A stretch of 64,000 nt of DNA from Octopus sinensis (lineage: Eukaryota), in the NCBI RefSeq assembly GCF_006345805.1, contig NC_042997.1, positions 212,474,001 to 212,538,000 on the forward strand, given 5' to 3'. The notes beneath the pieces are model-generated. The model had not been told where the DNA came from and ran no database searches. It saw only the letters and a list, made by a program, of their open reading frames with translations. Both the position numbers and the translations under genes were made by a program. Shown here one piece after another: positions 52,325-64,000 of the stretch (position 1 is its first letter; the number at the start of each line of letters is the position of its first letter).

Positions 52325-52730
52325 CTCTTTAACTCTTTTACTTGTTTCAGTCATTTGACTGCGGCCATGCTGGAGCACCGCCTTTTAATCGAGCAAATCG
52401 ACCCCGGGACTTATTCTTTTGTAAGCCCAGTACTTATTCTATCAGTCTCTTTTGCCGAACCGCTAAGTAACGGGGACATAAACACACCAGCATCGGTTGT
52501 CAAGCAATGCTTGGGGGACAAACACAGACACACAAACACACACACGCATATATATATACATATATACGACAGGCTTCTTTCAGTTTCCGTCTACTAAATC
52601 CACTCACAAGGCCTTGGTCGGCCCGAGGCTATAGTAGAAGACACTTGCCCAAGGTGCCACGCAGTGGGACTGAACCCGGAACCATGTGGTTGGTAAACAA
52701 GCTACTTACCATACAGCCACTCCTGCGCCT
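52325..52730 (-). mobile_element. SINE family B, full length
   Basis: Same structure as 11343-11753; further copies at about 6893-7232(-), 33000-33420(-), 20951-21095(+), 23605-23830(+) and 44005-44060(-). Confidence 0.88.
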
Positions 52731-52811
52731 AACAATCATTTCTCTTGTTGCTTTGATGTGCCATATTGCCAATAAAACTATTTGCATTTCTGTGGACATG
52801 GGTATGCTATG

Positions 52812-53380
52812 TATTGGGTTGTCCGGTAAGTTCGTGCCGATTTTTAAAGGAAAGAAAATGGTCAATAAATACTTGCCATTACATTTTTAATCAACCAAAT
52901 ATGAACCATTTTGTAGCACAATGCGTCTCCATCTTTCCTTTAACTTGAAATACCCTCTTCTCAGAATTGAGGTGGTTTCATGGCAAAGAATTCATCAAGG
53001 TATCTTTTTACGTCATCCAAAGAATTGAAATTTTTACCATTAAGACTATTCTGTAGAGACCTGAATAAGTGGAAATTTGAAGGAACAATATCTGGTGAAT
53101 ATGGAGGGTGGGGTAACACATCCCAGCTGAGCTGCAGCAATTTTTGTCTGGTTCCCAAAGCATCAAATGCCAAAAACGAACTTTCTTATCTTCCATTTTA
53201 AAAGTTTACAGAATTAACACAGGTTATAGGAACATAAATCTTCTTCCACAAAAAGATAGCTTAAACTGTGCTTTAAATGGAGGTGTAGTCAAACCCTACT
53301 TTATGGACTCAACCATGTTCTAAAATAAGTCGAAAGGTAAGGTACTTTAAATCGGCACAAACTTTCTGGATAACCCAATA
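52812..53380 (-). mobile_element. Internally deleted mariner element with both TIRs and TA duplications
   Basis: TA-ttgggttgtccggtaagttcgtgccgattt ... aaatcggcacaaactttctggataacccaa-TA; minus-strand ORF has WDVLPHPPYSPDIVPSNFHLFRSLQN (mariner YSPDLAPSD motif). Confidence 0.92.
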
Positions 53381-53488
53381 TTTCAGAAAGGTATTTGCCA
53401 AACAAGTGATTTTATCCGAGAGGTTCTACGTTGAAACTAAAGCAATTACAGTTGGATGGAAGGTACGTAACCATACAATAACTGTGTA

Positions 53489-53537
<49 letters not shown>

Positions 53538-54689
53538 ACATGAAGGTCTGAGTCCTGTGAAGATGAGTTGACTCCAATGAAGGAGGAGATGTGCAAACAC
53601 CAGCTGCACAAACCTGAACCTCATGGGACCATTCTGGTGGTAAGAAGGATTCTAAGACAGACCAGGGTCCAGATTGGGACTGCAGGGGCTGTGGAATATC
53701 CAGTCTTTCAGAGGTCATCTTGATGCCTGCCCTCCTCGCATGTGTGAGTGCTGATGCGTTGAAAGCTCTCGTTTTGGGGCCTGCAGGGGACTGTCAAACC
53801 TCCCTCATCCAAATAGACTGGGTGGGGTTACCTGTTCAGTCACTGACAGCTCACCCATGAATTGGGGTATAGGTTATACAGTTACTGAAACGAACAGATG
53901 AAACTAAGAAAGTCAAATTATTAAAGTATGAGAAGAATAAGTTTCTCTTTGGTTAAAATTGGTGAAGACAGAGACCCAACGAGCATAGGTTTGGGGGTTT
54001 TTTTCTTTTCTTTTCTTTCTTTTTTGTTTGTTTGTTAAATAATTAATTTTTCTGAACAGAGTTGGATCAAATTAAAAGATTTGCAATGAATCAGAACTGA
54101 ATGAACTCTGTTCTGTTAAGTCAAAATTGTCAGCCTTGCTAGCAGCCCACATTGAAGATGTGATGCTGTCACTGCTAAGAAAGCAACTGTCATCACATGT
54201 GACTCGTTTACCAATGTAATTAGTTATTTATACGGTGAGTGAAGTAAACGAGCAAAGTAATCAGATTTCTGCTGATTGTTCACTATGAACTGATCAGAAA
54301 TTGATCTTAAATGTAGCATGAATAAATAATTACAAAATTAACATCAGTGCTGCAAATAGTGATGAAGAGAAAGGAAAAAAAAAGAAGAAAAAAAAAAAGA
54401 GAAGAATATGAAGTTGGCAACTCTCCAAGAACGAATGGTGTCCGTCGAGTGGAATCATTGCGAAGCAGTTGTTTTCTTGATGCCGGAAGCTTTTAGAATC
54501 AATAAAGTAAAATATTTGTTGAGAAACTGAGCAAACCATTTCACTTGAATGGTTCTTAGATGCTTGCCTGCATCTGGGTAAATGTTAACAGGTGCATGGT
54601 CATCTGTGCAGCCATTGTAGTCGGCTAAATAAGCAGTTGCACTAATTTGTTGCGATTTGTGCATATGTTTAGGTTATTTGAAATTTGGA

Positions 54690-54917
54690 TTAACCCTTTC
54701 GTTACTGTATTTCTGTTGAGATGCTCTGTGTTTCTTTCAATTACTTTAAATATAACAAAGAATTTTGTAAAATAACTTAGTTGTCATTCAGCTAGCGTTA
54801 GGAACATAAATTGTGACTAAGGTTTGGTGGAAAGTTTTAATTAAAACCTTATGAAAACAAGACATTTGTACTCAGAGCGAGAGGCGGTTTCAGCCGGGTT
54901 GGTAACAAAAGGGTTAA
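54690..54917. mobile_element. piggyBac-type MITE (220 bp) with TTAA target duplications
   Basis: TTAA-CCCTTTCGTTAC ... GTAACAAAAGGG-TTAA. Confidence 0.88.
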
Positions 54918-57900
54918 ACAAGTGCTGCATTGTAAAGACAATCAATGCTTTCGGTGTTTCTAATGTAAGAAGGGAACAAGGCAGAGATAAGCAAATAGGA
55001 ACAGGAGGAATATGAAGGTAAATTATGATGTTGTCTAAGCACCAAGTCAGCACTGACTGACAATATTTAGGATCAAAGACATTCCAGCCACGACCAACTC
55101 TTTCTTCTACAGATATCTAGGATTACAGTGTATATTTTCCTAATTTAAGACAGTAAAGAAGGATTTGTGGATTTTAGCTGCTACTATTAGCATGTCAAGT
55201 GACCACATATGAGAATGAATGACTTAGGGAATGGATCATTTGACAGTGTTGACAACCTTGAATGTGAACCTGCATTTTTTGGGTATGACATTAATCATAT
55301 ATTACAGAAAGGGAGTTTCTGGGTGGTTCCTAGTGTCTGGTTGACAATGGGCTTACGTAAGGATTCTGTCTATTTTAGTGTTCAGTTACATATTTTTACC
55401 TGTAATTAAATATGTTGGGAAATTCAGTTTCAGGGCCCCATACAGGAGTAACAGAGGCAAAGGCTTCCCAGTAGCTATAATGTGTGTGTGTGTGTGTGTG
55501 TGTATGCAGTAGTGGGGGTATGGTGGTATACTTTGGAAAACCCAATCAAGTAATAAAAGGCGCTGGATTACTGGCCCTACAGAAGCACTATCTTGCAGAA
55601 GTGAGCCTGTAGTCAATTTGTTAGGGGTCGGAAGCCAGTTAAACTGGAGAGGTAACTATGGTTTCATGTCCCCCTCCCCACACTCACCAACCAGCTAGTA
55701 AAGTGGCATCATATAAAAGCTAAAACAATGTGAAAAGGTGGTCCCTAGTCCCCTGAAAGTCAGTTGAACTGCTCCATTCTTCTTTTCTAGTTCTAGTAAA
55801 GATTCAGCAATAAGAACATGGTCATCAGCATGGAGGAGCTCCCAGAGGTAGCTTGCCTTGAATTCCTCTGTTATTGGAGTAAGGACTGTTTGCCAACATA
55901 ACACAGCATTCCTGGATTAGGACGAATGTTGCTGTAATTTAGCCCCAGGAGACATCATCTCCAGCTGGCTATACGACACAATCTGTGTCTTTATATTTTC
56001 GAACAAAGGAATCTAGCACCCCCACTCAGCTCAAAACAATATCTGTATATCATGATTTCTGGGTTATTTCCCTTCATCAGCACAGAATAACTGTTTGGCT
56101 GGAGGTGGCGCTGCCAAATTCCCATTTGAAATATTTAGTTTTCAAAGTGACAACTAGTCACTGATCTATAAATTAGAAAAGTACTATTTTTAAATCTCAC
56201 AACGAGAGATATTCAACAACAGTACTTTGTAGTAAAGATTGTTTGCCAACATTACAGCAACATTTGTCCTAAACCAGGACTGCCATGTTATGTTGGCAAA
56301 CAATCTTTACTCCATTGTGAGATTTAAAAATAGTAATTTTCTAATCCCCTGTTATTGTCTGGGGACTGAGGACTGGTCTTTGGTGAACCCCTACTTGTAT
56401 CCTGAATTCTTCGCTATACTCATTGTCAACCTTCACTTTACTGACAGCATCCCTGTACATTGGCTTGTACAGTTCTCACCAACCACTTATCTATCCCTAG
56501 TTCCTCTCAGCAATCTCTCATTTATCCTTACATCCTGGTTGACAATTGACACACATAAAACACGATGTCTCAATTGTAGAACCATTCAACACTGGCAGAG
56601 ACCATGACCATAGCTTGTGATGAGTGAAGATGGAATTAATGAAGATTATGATTCAGAAAACCTGAAACGAGGGAACTGCATGGAAAAAGGGAGAACTGTA
56701 AACCTCCCAGAACAGATGAGAAGGAACTCAGAGGAAACCCAAGAAAAAGCTAGAAAACTGAAAGGGGAACATGGAAAATCACCATTCAGTATTTCAATTC
56801 TCTGCAAGGTGATAAGTCAATATCTGGAAAGTGACTTGAAGGATTATAGACTTAAGAAAATGGAGAAGAAAAGAAAAAGATTAAAAAGATACAAGAAAGA
56901 GGTGGCGCTGTAAAAATTGAATGTAAAAGTGGAAAAAAAAAAGAGCTCACATTGATAGGCAAAAGGATGGTGGAGGATTTCGGTGAAACTGCTTCCACAG
57001 ATCTTTTTTATAGAATCTGAGATAGAATTCCTTGACTGTCACAAGTGTTGGAAAAAGTATCAGAAATATTAAGAAGTAGAGGAGAGCAGCTGTGGAAAGA
57101 CATCATTCAACATTTTGATAAAATAAAATGATGAAAAATATCTTCACGGTGGAAGAAATTGAAAACTCTTTTGCTTTATAAGTGACAGAAAAGATCTGCA
57201 ATGAATATGGGAAATGATTGGTGGGGGGGATGCAGAAAACAACGAAGAAGATGACTGCAAAGATTGCCCAGAAATTCCAGTCATTTAGCTTCATTTACTT
57301 GTTCCTTTACACAAAATAATGAACAGTATTTCCAATAACATTTTGAATGTTTAAAAATTTCATTAGGCCTTTTTTTAAAATCTACATTTTATTAAATTAT
57401 AACTTAAAAACATAGTTATGAGATAGAGTTTAAAAATGTATAAAATATTTTTGAGTTAAGTATTTGAACTGCAATAACTTGTCAAAAGGTTTTAATTGTC
57501 AATAAAAAAAAACCCAAAACATCCAAATGTTTATTTTGAGAACTGAACCAAACGCAGAGCGCCAGTCATGTCTGTGAATCTACATCCAATATAATGGTGC
57601 TGTTTATCATTTAACTGTCATTACTTTCATAGTTTTAAAGCAGAGATGGACTTTGGTGGAAATTCGAATTACATTATAACAACCAAAGCATGTAATTCTT
57701 ACACATTAACAATTATTTTTTATGTATTATTTTCCATGTCACTTGTTAGTCAATAAAAATTCTTTATTGATGTCAATTTTATCTGTGCTATCATGAAATG
57801 GCACCAGAAACACCTGATACTTTGACTGGCCAATTCGCCATTTAGCTTTACTATTATTCCAATCACTATTTATGGTCAGTGTTGTAGCTGTTGGAAATTT

Positions 57901-57984
57901 ACACACAGAGATGCATGCATACATACACACGTACATTACATACATACATACATACACACACACATACATATATACATATACACA

Positions 57985-58346
57985 CATACATACATACTCA
58001 CACAGAAATTAAGCTTCTCAAAACCAGAAAAGAGAAAGCTAATTCGAAGACCACAGATCCAATCCATCAATGGAACTGTAAAAATTTGTAAAATTTTCCA
58101 TAAATTTATCACTTAAGTATATATGAACATGTCTAGATATGCAGCTATATGCATGAGAATACATACATAAAGCAAATTATACAAATCTGTGCATTTACAT
58201 GCACGCATACATACATACATACATACATACATACATACATACATACCATACATACCATACATACATACCATACATACCATACATACATACATACCTACAT
58301 ACATACATACAATACATACATACATTACATACATACATACAATACA

Positions 58347-58378
<32 letters not shown>

Positions 58379-58865
58379 CATACCATACATACATACCATA
58401 CATACACACATACATACATACATACATACATACATGCATACATCATACATACATACATACATACATAATACATACATACATTACATACATACATACATAC
58501 ATGCATACATACATCATACATACATACATACATACATACATACATACATACATACATACATACATACATTACATACATACATACATACCATACATACATA
58601 CATACATACATACATACATACATACATACATAACATACATACATACATACATACATACATACATACATGCATACATACATACATACATACATACATACAT
58701 ACCATACATACATACCATACATACATACATACATACATACATACAAACAAACAAACAAACAAAAATACCCTGTTGATGATGTTGAAATTCCAATGAAGGA
58801 GCCTCGTATTTGAATTAGAAACTGCTTCTTTTCTTTTGGCGAGAAATCTTGAAATAAAACTGAAT
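57985..58865 (+). mobile_element. 3' end of a second RLE-type LINE family with expanded internal (TACA)n
   Basis: Homologous to the minus-strand copy at 60560-61030 (FSKPE.RKLIRR.QI.SI.GTVKICK.F); the 3' UTR contains about 580 bp of (TACA)n and ends aataaaactgaataatgac. Confidence 0.75.
58163..58745. repeat. (TACA)n microsatellite, about 580 bp
   Basis: Direct observation; source of the HTYI/MYVC ORFs. Confidence 0.97.
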
Positions 58866-59260
58866 AATGACACACCTACATTTTACCAACCATATCTTAT
58901 CAATCTGTACCAGCAAGCTCTCATTGGGAACAGTAGCATTGCCCACTGGTTAGCTCCGGCAGAGACAAAATTGATCCCTGGATGCAGAACCACCCACATG
59001 GCAAGAAACTACCAGCCAGTTGCATGCCAGAACTTAATGTGTAAGATATATACAGCATGTTTAAACCTTTTCCTCCAGGGCCATTGTGAAATCAATAACA
59101 TTATCACAGCAGAACAAACAGCTGGGAAGAAGGGAGTCTGGGGATGTGCCGAGCAGTTGCTAATCAACAAAATTGTGAGGTGAGAGGTGTGAGAGCCTAG
59201 GAGGAACCTAGTTTCAATGTGGCTAAGCTACAAGAAAGCTTTTGACTGTTTCCCACTCAT
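58865..59260 (+). mobile_element. R4/Dong-like RT N-terminal fragment
   Basis: WLAPAETKLIP...NYQPVACQNLMCKIYT...EQTAGKKGVWGCAEQLLINK. Confidence 0.78.
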
Positions 59261-59559
59261 GGATGCTAGAAGCCTCGTTTAGTGAGGGATGTTGCTAATG
59301 AAAATGTTAACACTTTGATAATTGGACTGTGTCATTAATCCAGTGACTATGCTCACTGTAAGTTTAGCCAAGTTGAAGGTGTAGGCAATGCTATTTCAAG
59401 CAGGTTCACAGCCTGTAAAATATCTGTTGGGAATCAACATCTATAACATCCCAAGTGAACTTGGTTAGCTCTCCTTTCGCTAGTATACTAGGCGAAACTG
59501 CTAAACAACATAGAGGAGGGCGCTAGAAGCATAAAACATACAAATCTGCACATACATAT

Positions 59560-59943
59560 AGGAAGCACTCCGTCGGTTACGACGACGAGGGTTCCGGTTG
59601 ATCCGATCAACGGAACAGCCTGCTCGTGAAATTAACGTGCAAGTGGCTGAGCACTCCACAGACACGTGTACCCTTAACGCAGTTCTCGGGGATATTCAGT
59701 GTGACACAGAGAGGGACAAGGCCGGCCCTTTGAAATACAGGTACAACAGAAACAGGAAGTAAGAGTGAGAGAAAGTTGTGGTGAAAGAGTACAGCAGGGA
59801 TCACCACCATCCCCTGCCGGAGCCTTGTGGACCTTTAGGTGTTTTCGCTCAATAAACACTCACAACGCCCGGTCTGGGAATCGAAACCGCGATCCTATGA
59901 CCGCGAGTCCGCTGCCCTAACCACTGGGCCATTGCGCCTCCAC
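59560..59943 (-). mobile_element. tRNA-derived SINE family C, full length
   Basis: Head gtggaggcgcaatggcccagtggttagggcagcggactcgcggtc...ggtttcgattccc with A and B boxes; related copies at about 62310-62600(-) and 63530-63842(-). Confidence 0.85.
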
Positions 59944-60289
59944 TGCACATACATACATGCATACATGAATGCATGTATTTAGCCTCAAGATGGTTGCCCA
60001 TGATGAATTCAGGTCAGGTATGGATTTAACCAGACTCTCTGGAACTTGTATGTGTGTATTTATGTACTCATGCATATATGTGTGTATGCATGGATACATG
60101 TATACAAGCATGCATCTATGTATGTATGTGTATGTTCCCATGCCTGTTCTGTTGTGTGCCAACAGAAGGCAGCACATAATTGCAAGCAAAGTGAGAGCTA
60201 GCAATGACCTTCATGAGTCAGTGTGCCAAGTGACACTGCTGTGTTGTGCCATTTGTGTTTTTGCAGTCATATGCATGCTGTAGTCTGTG

Positions 60290-60560
60290 ATTTTTTTTCA
60301 TGGATAGGAACAAAGTGAAGTTGGCAACAGGGATATTGAACATGCTTCAGCAAGCTTATGGCAATGAGGCAATGGCTCGTATGCAATGTCTTGAGTGGTA
60401 TGAGTGTTTCAAAAGTAGAAGAACATCCCTGGAAGACGATGAGCAATCTGGAAGACCTGCCATGAACATCACCCCTGGACATGTGGTATTGTGCATTGAG
60501 TATTCATCTCCCAGGGCCAGACCATCAATTCAGGGTTCTACTTTGACATTTTAAAGCATG
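60290..60560 (+). mobile_element. mariner transposase N-terminal (HTH) fragment, decayed
   Basis: LNMLQQAYGNEAMARMQCLEWYECFKSRRTSLEDDEQSGRP matches the mariner ...WF.RFK.G..SLED..RSGRP motif. Confidence 0.75.
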
Positions 60561-61030
60561 TATGTATGCCATTGTTCAGTTTTATTTCAAGATTTCTTGC
60601 CAACAGAGAAAGAACCGGTTTCTAACCTAGATTCAAGACTCCTTTATGGGAATTTCAACAATCAAGAAGAGGGTATTTTTGTTTGTTTGTATGTATGTAT
60701 AAATGCAGTTTTGTATGTTTTATGTACGTATTCTCATGCATATAGCTACATATCTAAACATGTTCATATATATTTAAAAGATAAACTTCTGGAAAGTTTT
60801 ACAGATTTTTACAGTTCCATTGATGGAGTGGATCTGTAGTCTTCGAATTAGCTTTCTCCTTTCTGGTTTTGAGAAGCCTAATCCCTCAAGATTGGTATTT
60901 AGGTAGTGTGTTACAAATGCCAGTGCCCCCCAAATTACAGGTATGAACCTGAACTTTGTCATCTGGATTGAGTAACTGCAGATTTCTCAATAGTTCAGCA
61001 TAGGTGTTCTCTTTTTCACTGATCTTCAGC
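60560..61030 (-). mobile_element. RLE-type LINE 3' end with (CATA)n tail
   Basis: KENTYAELLRNLQLL...KFRFIPVIWGALAFV...TVKICKTFQKFIF*; (TATG)n on both sides. Confidence 0.78.
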
Positions 61031-61390
61031 TTTATGTATGCATATATGTATGTATGTGTATGTATGCATGTGTATGTATGCGTGTATGTATGTGTGTATG
61101 TGTATGTATGCATGTATGTGTGTGTGTATGTGTATGTATGTGTGTATGTGTATGTATGCATGTATGTGTGTGTGTGTGCGAGTGTATTATTATTCTTGAA
61201 GATATTGGTTCTGTCTTCTTTCTATACATAACAGATCAATAGATCAATCAGTCTTGTATTATAAGGGTTAAAAAAAAAAGTGGTTTGTCTTCTTCTTGTG
61301 CAAAGGTTTTCCTCTCCAATAATTAATATAACAAAAGAATATTGTAAGAAAGCTATTGTTCGAGTAGAACAAACAGTGACTATTTATCTG

Positions 61391-61429
<39 letters not shown>

Positions 61430-62699
61430 TAGACTGGTTCATTACATAAAGTAAATTACTTGATGAATAATTATTGGTGTAGTTCAATATTGGGTGATCA
61501 ATTCTGTTTAGTTTAGAAGCAACCTGGAAAAGTAGTTGTAGCTGCCATACTTTCTCTAAATGCCATTAGGGGACAAAAAACAAACACTCGATCATAATGT
61601 AATAGTTATGCGTAAGATTGAATTCTCCCTCAGTTTTTGCTTCTTATTTCCTTCATTATATTCAGGACTGAGTTTCAATGACTTACCAGTTAATTAGTTG
61701 GATTATAGAATATGAAATATCTAAATGTGTCAGATCAGTTGTGGTAATTAAGATTATAATTACCTGCAATAATTAATGTCATCTTAGTACATATTTTACA
61801 TTATTTAAATTGACATTTTGACTTATTGGTTCAGCAACTGATTCCATCAAAGATCTATTTTGAGGTCTGTTCATGGTCGTAGACAAGACCTGCACCAGGA
61901 ACATTTATTTTCCAGCCTCCCCTGGCACCTGTGCTGGTGGCACATAAAAAGCACCATCTGTATGTGGCCAATGCCAACACTGCCTTGACTGGCTTCCTTG
62001 CCAGTGGCACGTAAAAACCACCAACCAATTGTGGCCATTGCCAGCCTCCCCTGGCACCTGTGCTGGTGGCACGTAAAAAGCACCCACTACACTCATGGAG
62101 TGGTTGGCATTAGGAAGGGCATCCAGCTGTAGAAACTCTGTCAGATCAGACTGGAGCCTGATGCAGCCTCCTGGCTTTCCAGTCCCTGGTCGAACCGTCC
62201 AACCCATGCTAGCATGGAACACGGACATTAAACAATGATGATGATGAAGGTATACAGTAACAAGTGGTTTAGATCATAAGAACATCATTATTAATTTAAT
62301 TTATATATGAAGGAGCACTCAGTCCAGTTACAACAAGGGTCCCAGCTGATTAACAGAACAGATTGTTCATGGAATTAATGTGCAAGTGGCTGAGTACTCC
62401 ACAGACACGTGTACCCTCAATGTAGATTCAGTGTGACACGGCTGGCTCTTTGAAATACAGGTACAACTCATTTTTGCCAGCTGAGTGCACTGGAGCAACG
62501 TCAAATAAAGTGTCTTGCTCAAGGACACAACACAATGCCAGCTACTGAACTCACAACCTTACAATCATGAGCCAAATGCCCTAATCACTAAGTGTATATA
62601 TACATATGTGTATATATATATAAATTATAATGGTTATCGACAAAAAAATTTTTGTTTCGGCATATTTGGCATTAGAATTTTTCTTCTGCCCTTATCTTG

Positions 62700-62736
<37 letters not shown>

Positions 62737-62808
62737 TTTTTTGTCGATAACCATTATAATTTATGCGTCTTGAAACAAACCGATAGAAATCTTAAAAAAA
62801 TTTGTTAT

Positions 62809-62867
62809 TACCGTATTGGTCCAATTTCGGGGTTAATTCATAAGAAATTTTCCCCTCTTCAGTGGCA
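62809..62867 (-). ncRNA. Type-I hammerhead ribozyme motif, canonical core (copy 1)
   Basis: UGCCA-CUGAAGA-GGGG aaaauuucuuaugaauuaa CCCC-GAAA UUGG A CCAA UA|CGGUA; predicted cleavage between 62814 and 62813; A.C mismatch at the first stem I pair. Confidence 0.8.
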
Positions 62868-63067
62868 CATACACGAGATATAAATGAAATACTTATTCAT
62901 ACCCACGGAAGAAGCAAGCACCAAGTCCCGAGCAGACTTAAGTACCCCAAATATATCCAAATAGAAAAATCTTAGGCGCACCTCGAGACACGTGTGATTC
63001 GAACTAGAAACTTTCACAGAGTGATAGAATTCGGAAGTGAAACACTAATAAATTAGTGTTTCACAAT

Positions 63068-63106
<39 letters not shown>

Positions 63107-63178
63107 TTTTTTGTCGATAACCATTATAATTTATGCGTCTTGAAACAAACCGATAGAAATCTTAAAAAAATTTGTTAT

Positions 63179-63237
63179 TACCGTATTGGTCCAATTTCGG
63201 GGTTAATTCATAAGAAATTTTCCCCTCTTCAGTGGCA
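63179..63237 (-). ncRNA. Type-I hammerhead ribozyme motif, canonical core (copy 2)
   Basis: Identical to 62809-62867, offset by 370 nt; predicted cleavage between 63184 and 63183. Confidence 0.8.
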
Positions 63238-63436
63238 CATACACGAGATATAATGAAATACTTATTCATACCCACGGAAGAAGCAAGCACCAAGTCCCGA
63301 GCAGACTTAAGTACCCCAAATATATCCAAATAGAAAAATCTTAGGCGCACCTCGAGACACGTGTGATTCGAACTAGAAACTTTCACAGAGTGATAGAATT
63401 CGGAAGTGAAACACTAATAAATTAGTGTTTCACAAT

Positions 63437-63472
<36 letters not shown>

Positions 63473-64000
63473 CACACATATATACATATGTATATATACA
63501 CTTAGTGGTTAGGGCATTTTATATATATATCACTGTGATCACCATGACCAACCAGGCCATCAGATGTTGTTATACATCACTGGTCACAATGTGATTCGCA
63601 TTGTTTTAGCCTTCAAATGACACCAGCCTGCTGGCTAAGCGAGCAGGCCAGCAGAAGAAAGAGTGAGAGAAAGTTGTGGCGAAAGAGTACAGCAGGGATC
63701 GCCACCACCTCTTGCTGGAGCCTCTTGGAGCTTTAGGAGTTTTTGCTCAATAAACACTCACAACGCCTGGTCTGGGAATCGAAACCGTGATCCTACGACT
63801 GCGAGACCGCTGCCCTAACCATTGGGCCATTGTGCCTCCACACACGCACGCATGTATGTAAATTTTAAATAATAAGGGTGAAAAATTGAATATTAATTTG
63901 ATTAATATCAATTTAAAACCAGTGGTCTAGCATATTGAAAAATCTGAAGATTCAGAAAAAGTTATATTACATACATATAAGTGGGAAGACCACTAAGTGG

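Larger units (their letters stand above)
62701..63439. repeat. Tandem duplication of a ~370-bp unit, each with a hammerhead, a (TA)n run and a terminal palindrome
   Basis: Units 62701-63070 and 63071-63439 are identical apart from a 1-nt indel (taaatg vs taatg). A 32-bp inverted copy of the unit end lies at 62622-62653, matching 62731-62762. Confidence 0.95.

Noticed and set aside
59860-59943. tRNA-like sequence with A and B boxes
   Set aside because: It is the head of SINE family C, continuing into the SINE body, with no proper acceptor stem; not called as a tRNA gene.
62965-63000. AGG-CGCA-CCTC-GAGAC-ACGT-GTG resembling a hammerhead 3' half on the + strand
   Set aside because: No CUGANGA core, GAGA instead of GAAA, and GUG is not a cleavable triplet.

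Overview
AT-rich, microsatellite- and transposon-dense eukaryotic DNA. The tRNA-derived SINE families and RTE 3' ends suggest an octopod cephalopod (Octopus-like); this is inferred from repeat content only. The only host gene I can support is the 3' part of the mitochondrial calcium uniporter (MCU): two + strand coding exons at 8804-9007 (WDIMEP selectivity-filter motif) and 14470-14667, followed by a probable long 3' UTR. The upstream MCU exons appear to lie outside the window, so 1-8803 is probably intron. The rest is decayed mobile DNA: RTE, R4/Dong-like and CR1/L2-like LINEs, Penelope-like elements (two GIY-YIG fragments), piggyBac and mariner remnants, a TTAA MITE and three SINE families. 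Most ORF-track entries are microsatellite or antisense artefacts. The main result of the hunt is an RNA-level system. About 15 minimal type-I hammerhead ribozyme motifs (intact, variant or decayed), several with palindromic dimer-type stem III, sit in short (TA)n-flanked Penelope-type terminal repeats. These repeats occur as long fold-back hairpins and, at 62701-63439, as a tandem pair of 370-bp units each carrying a canonical-core hammerhead, which is a retrozyme/circRNA-like arrangement. All structures were folded by eye; no activity or expression is shown by the sequence.
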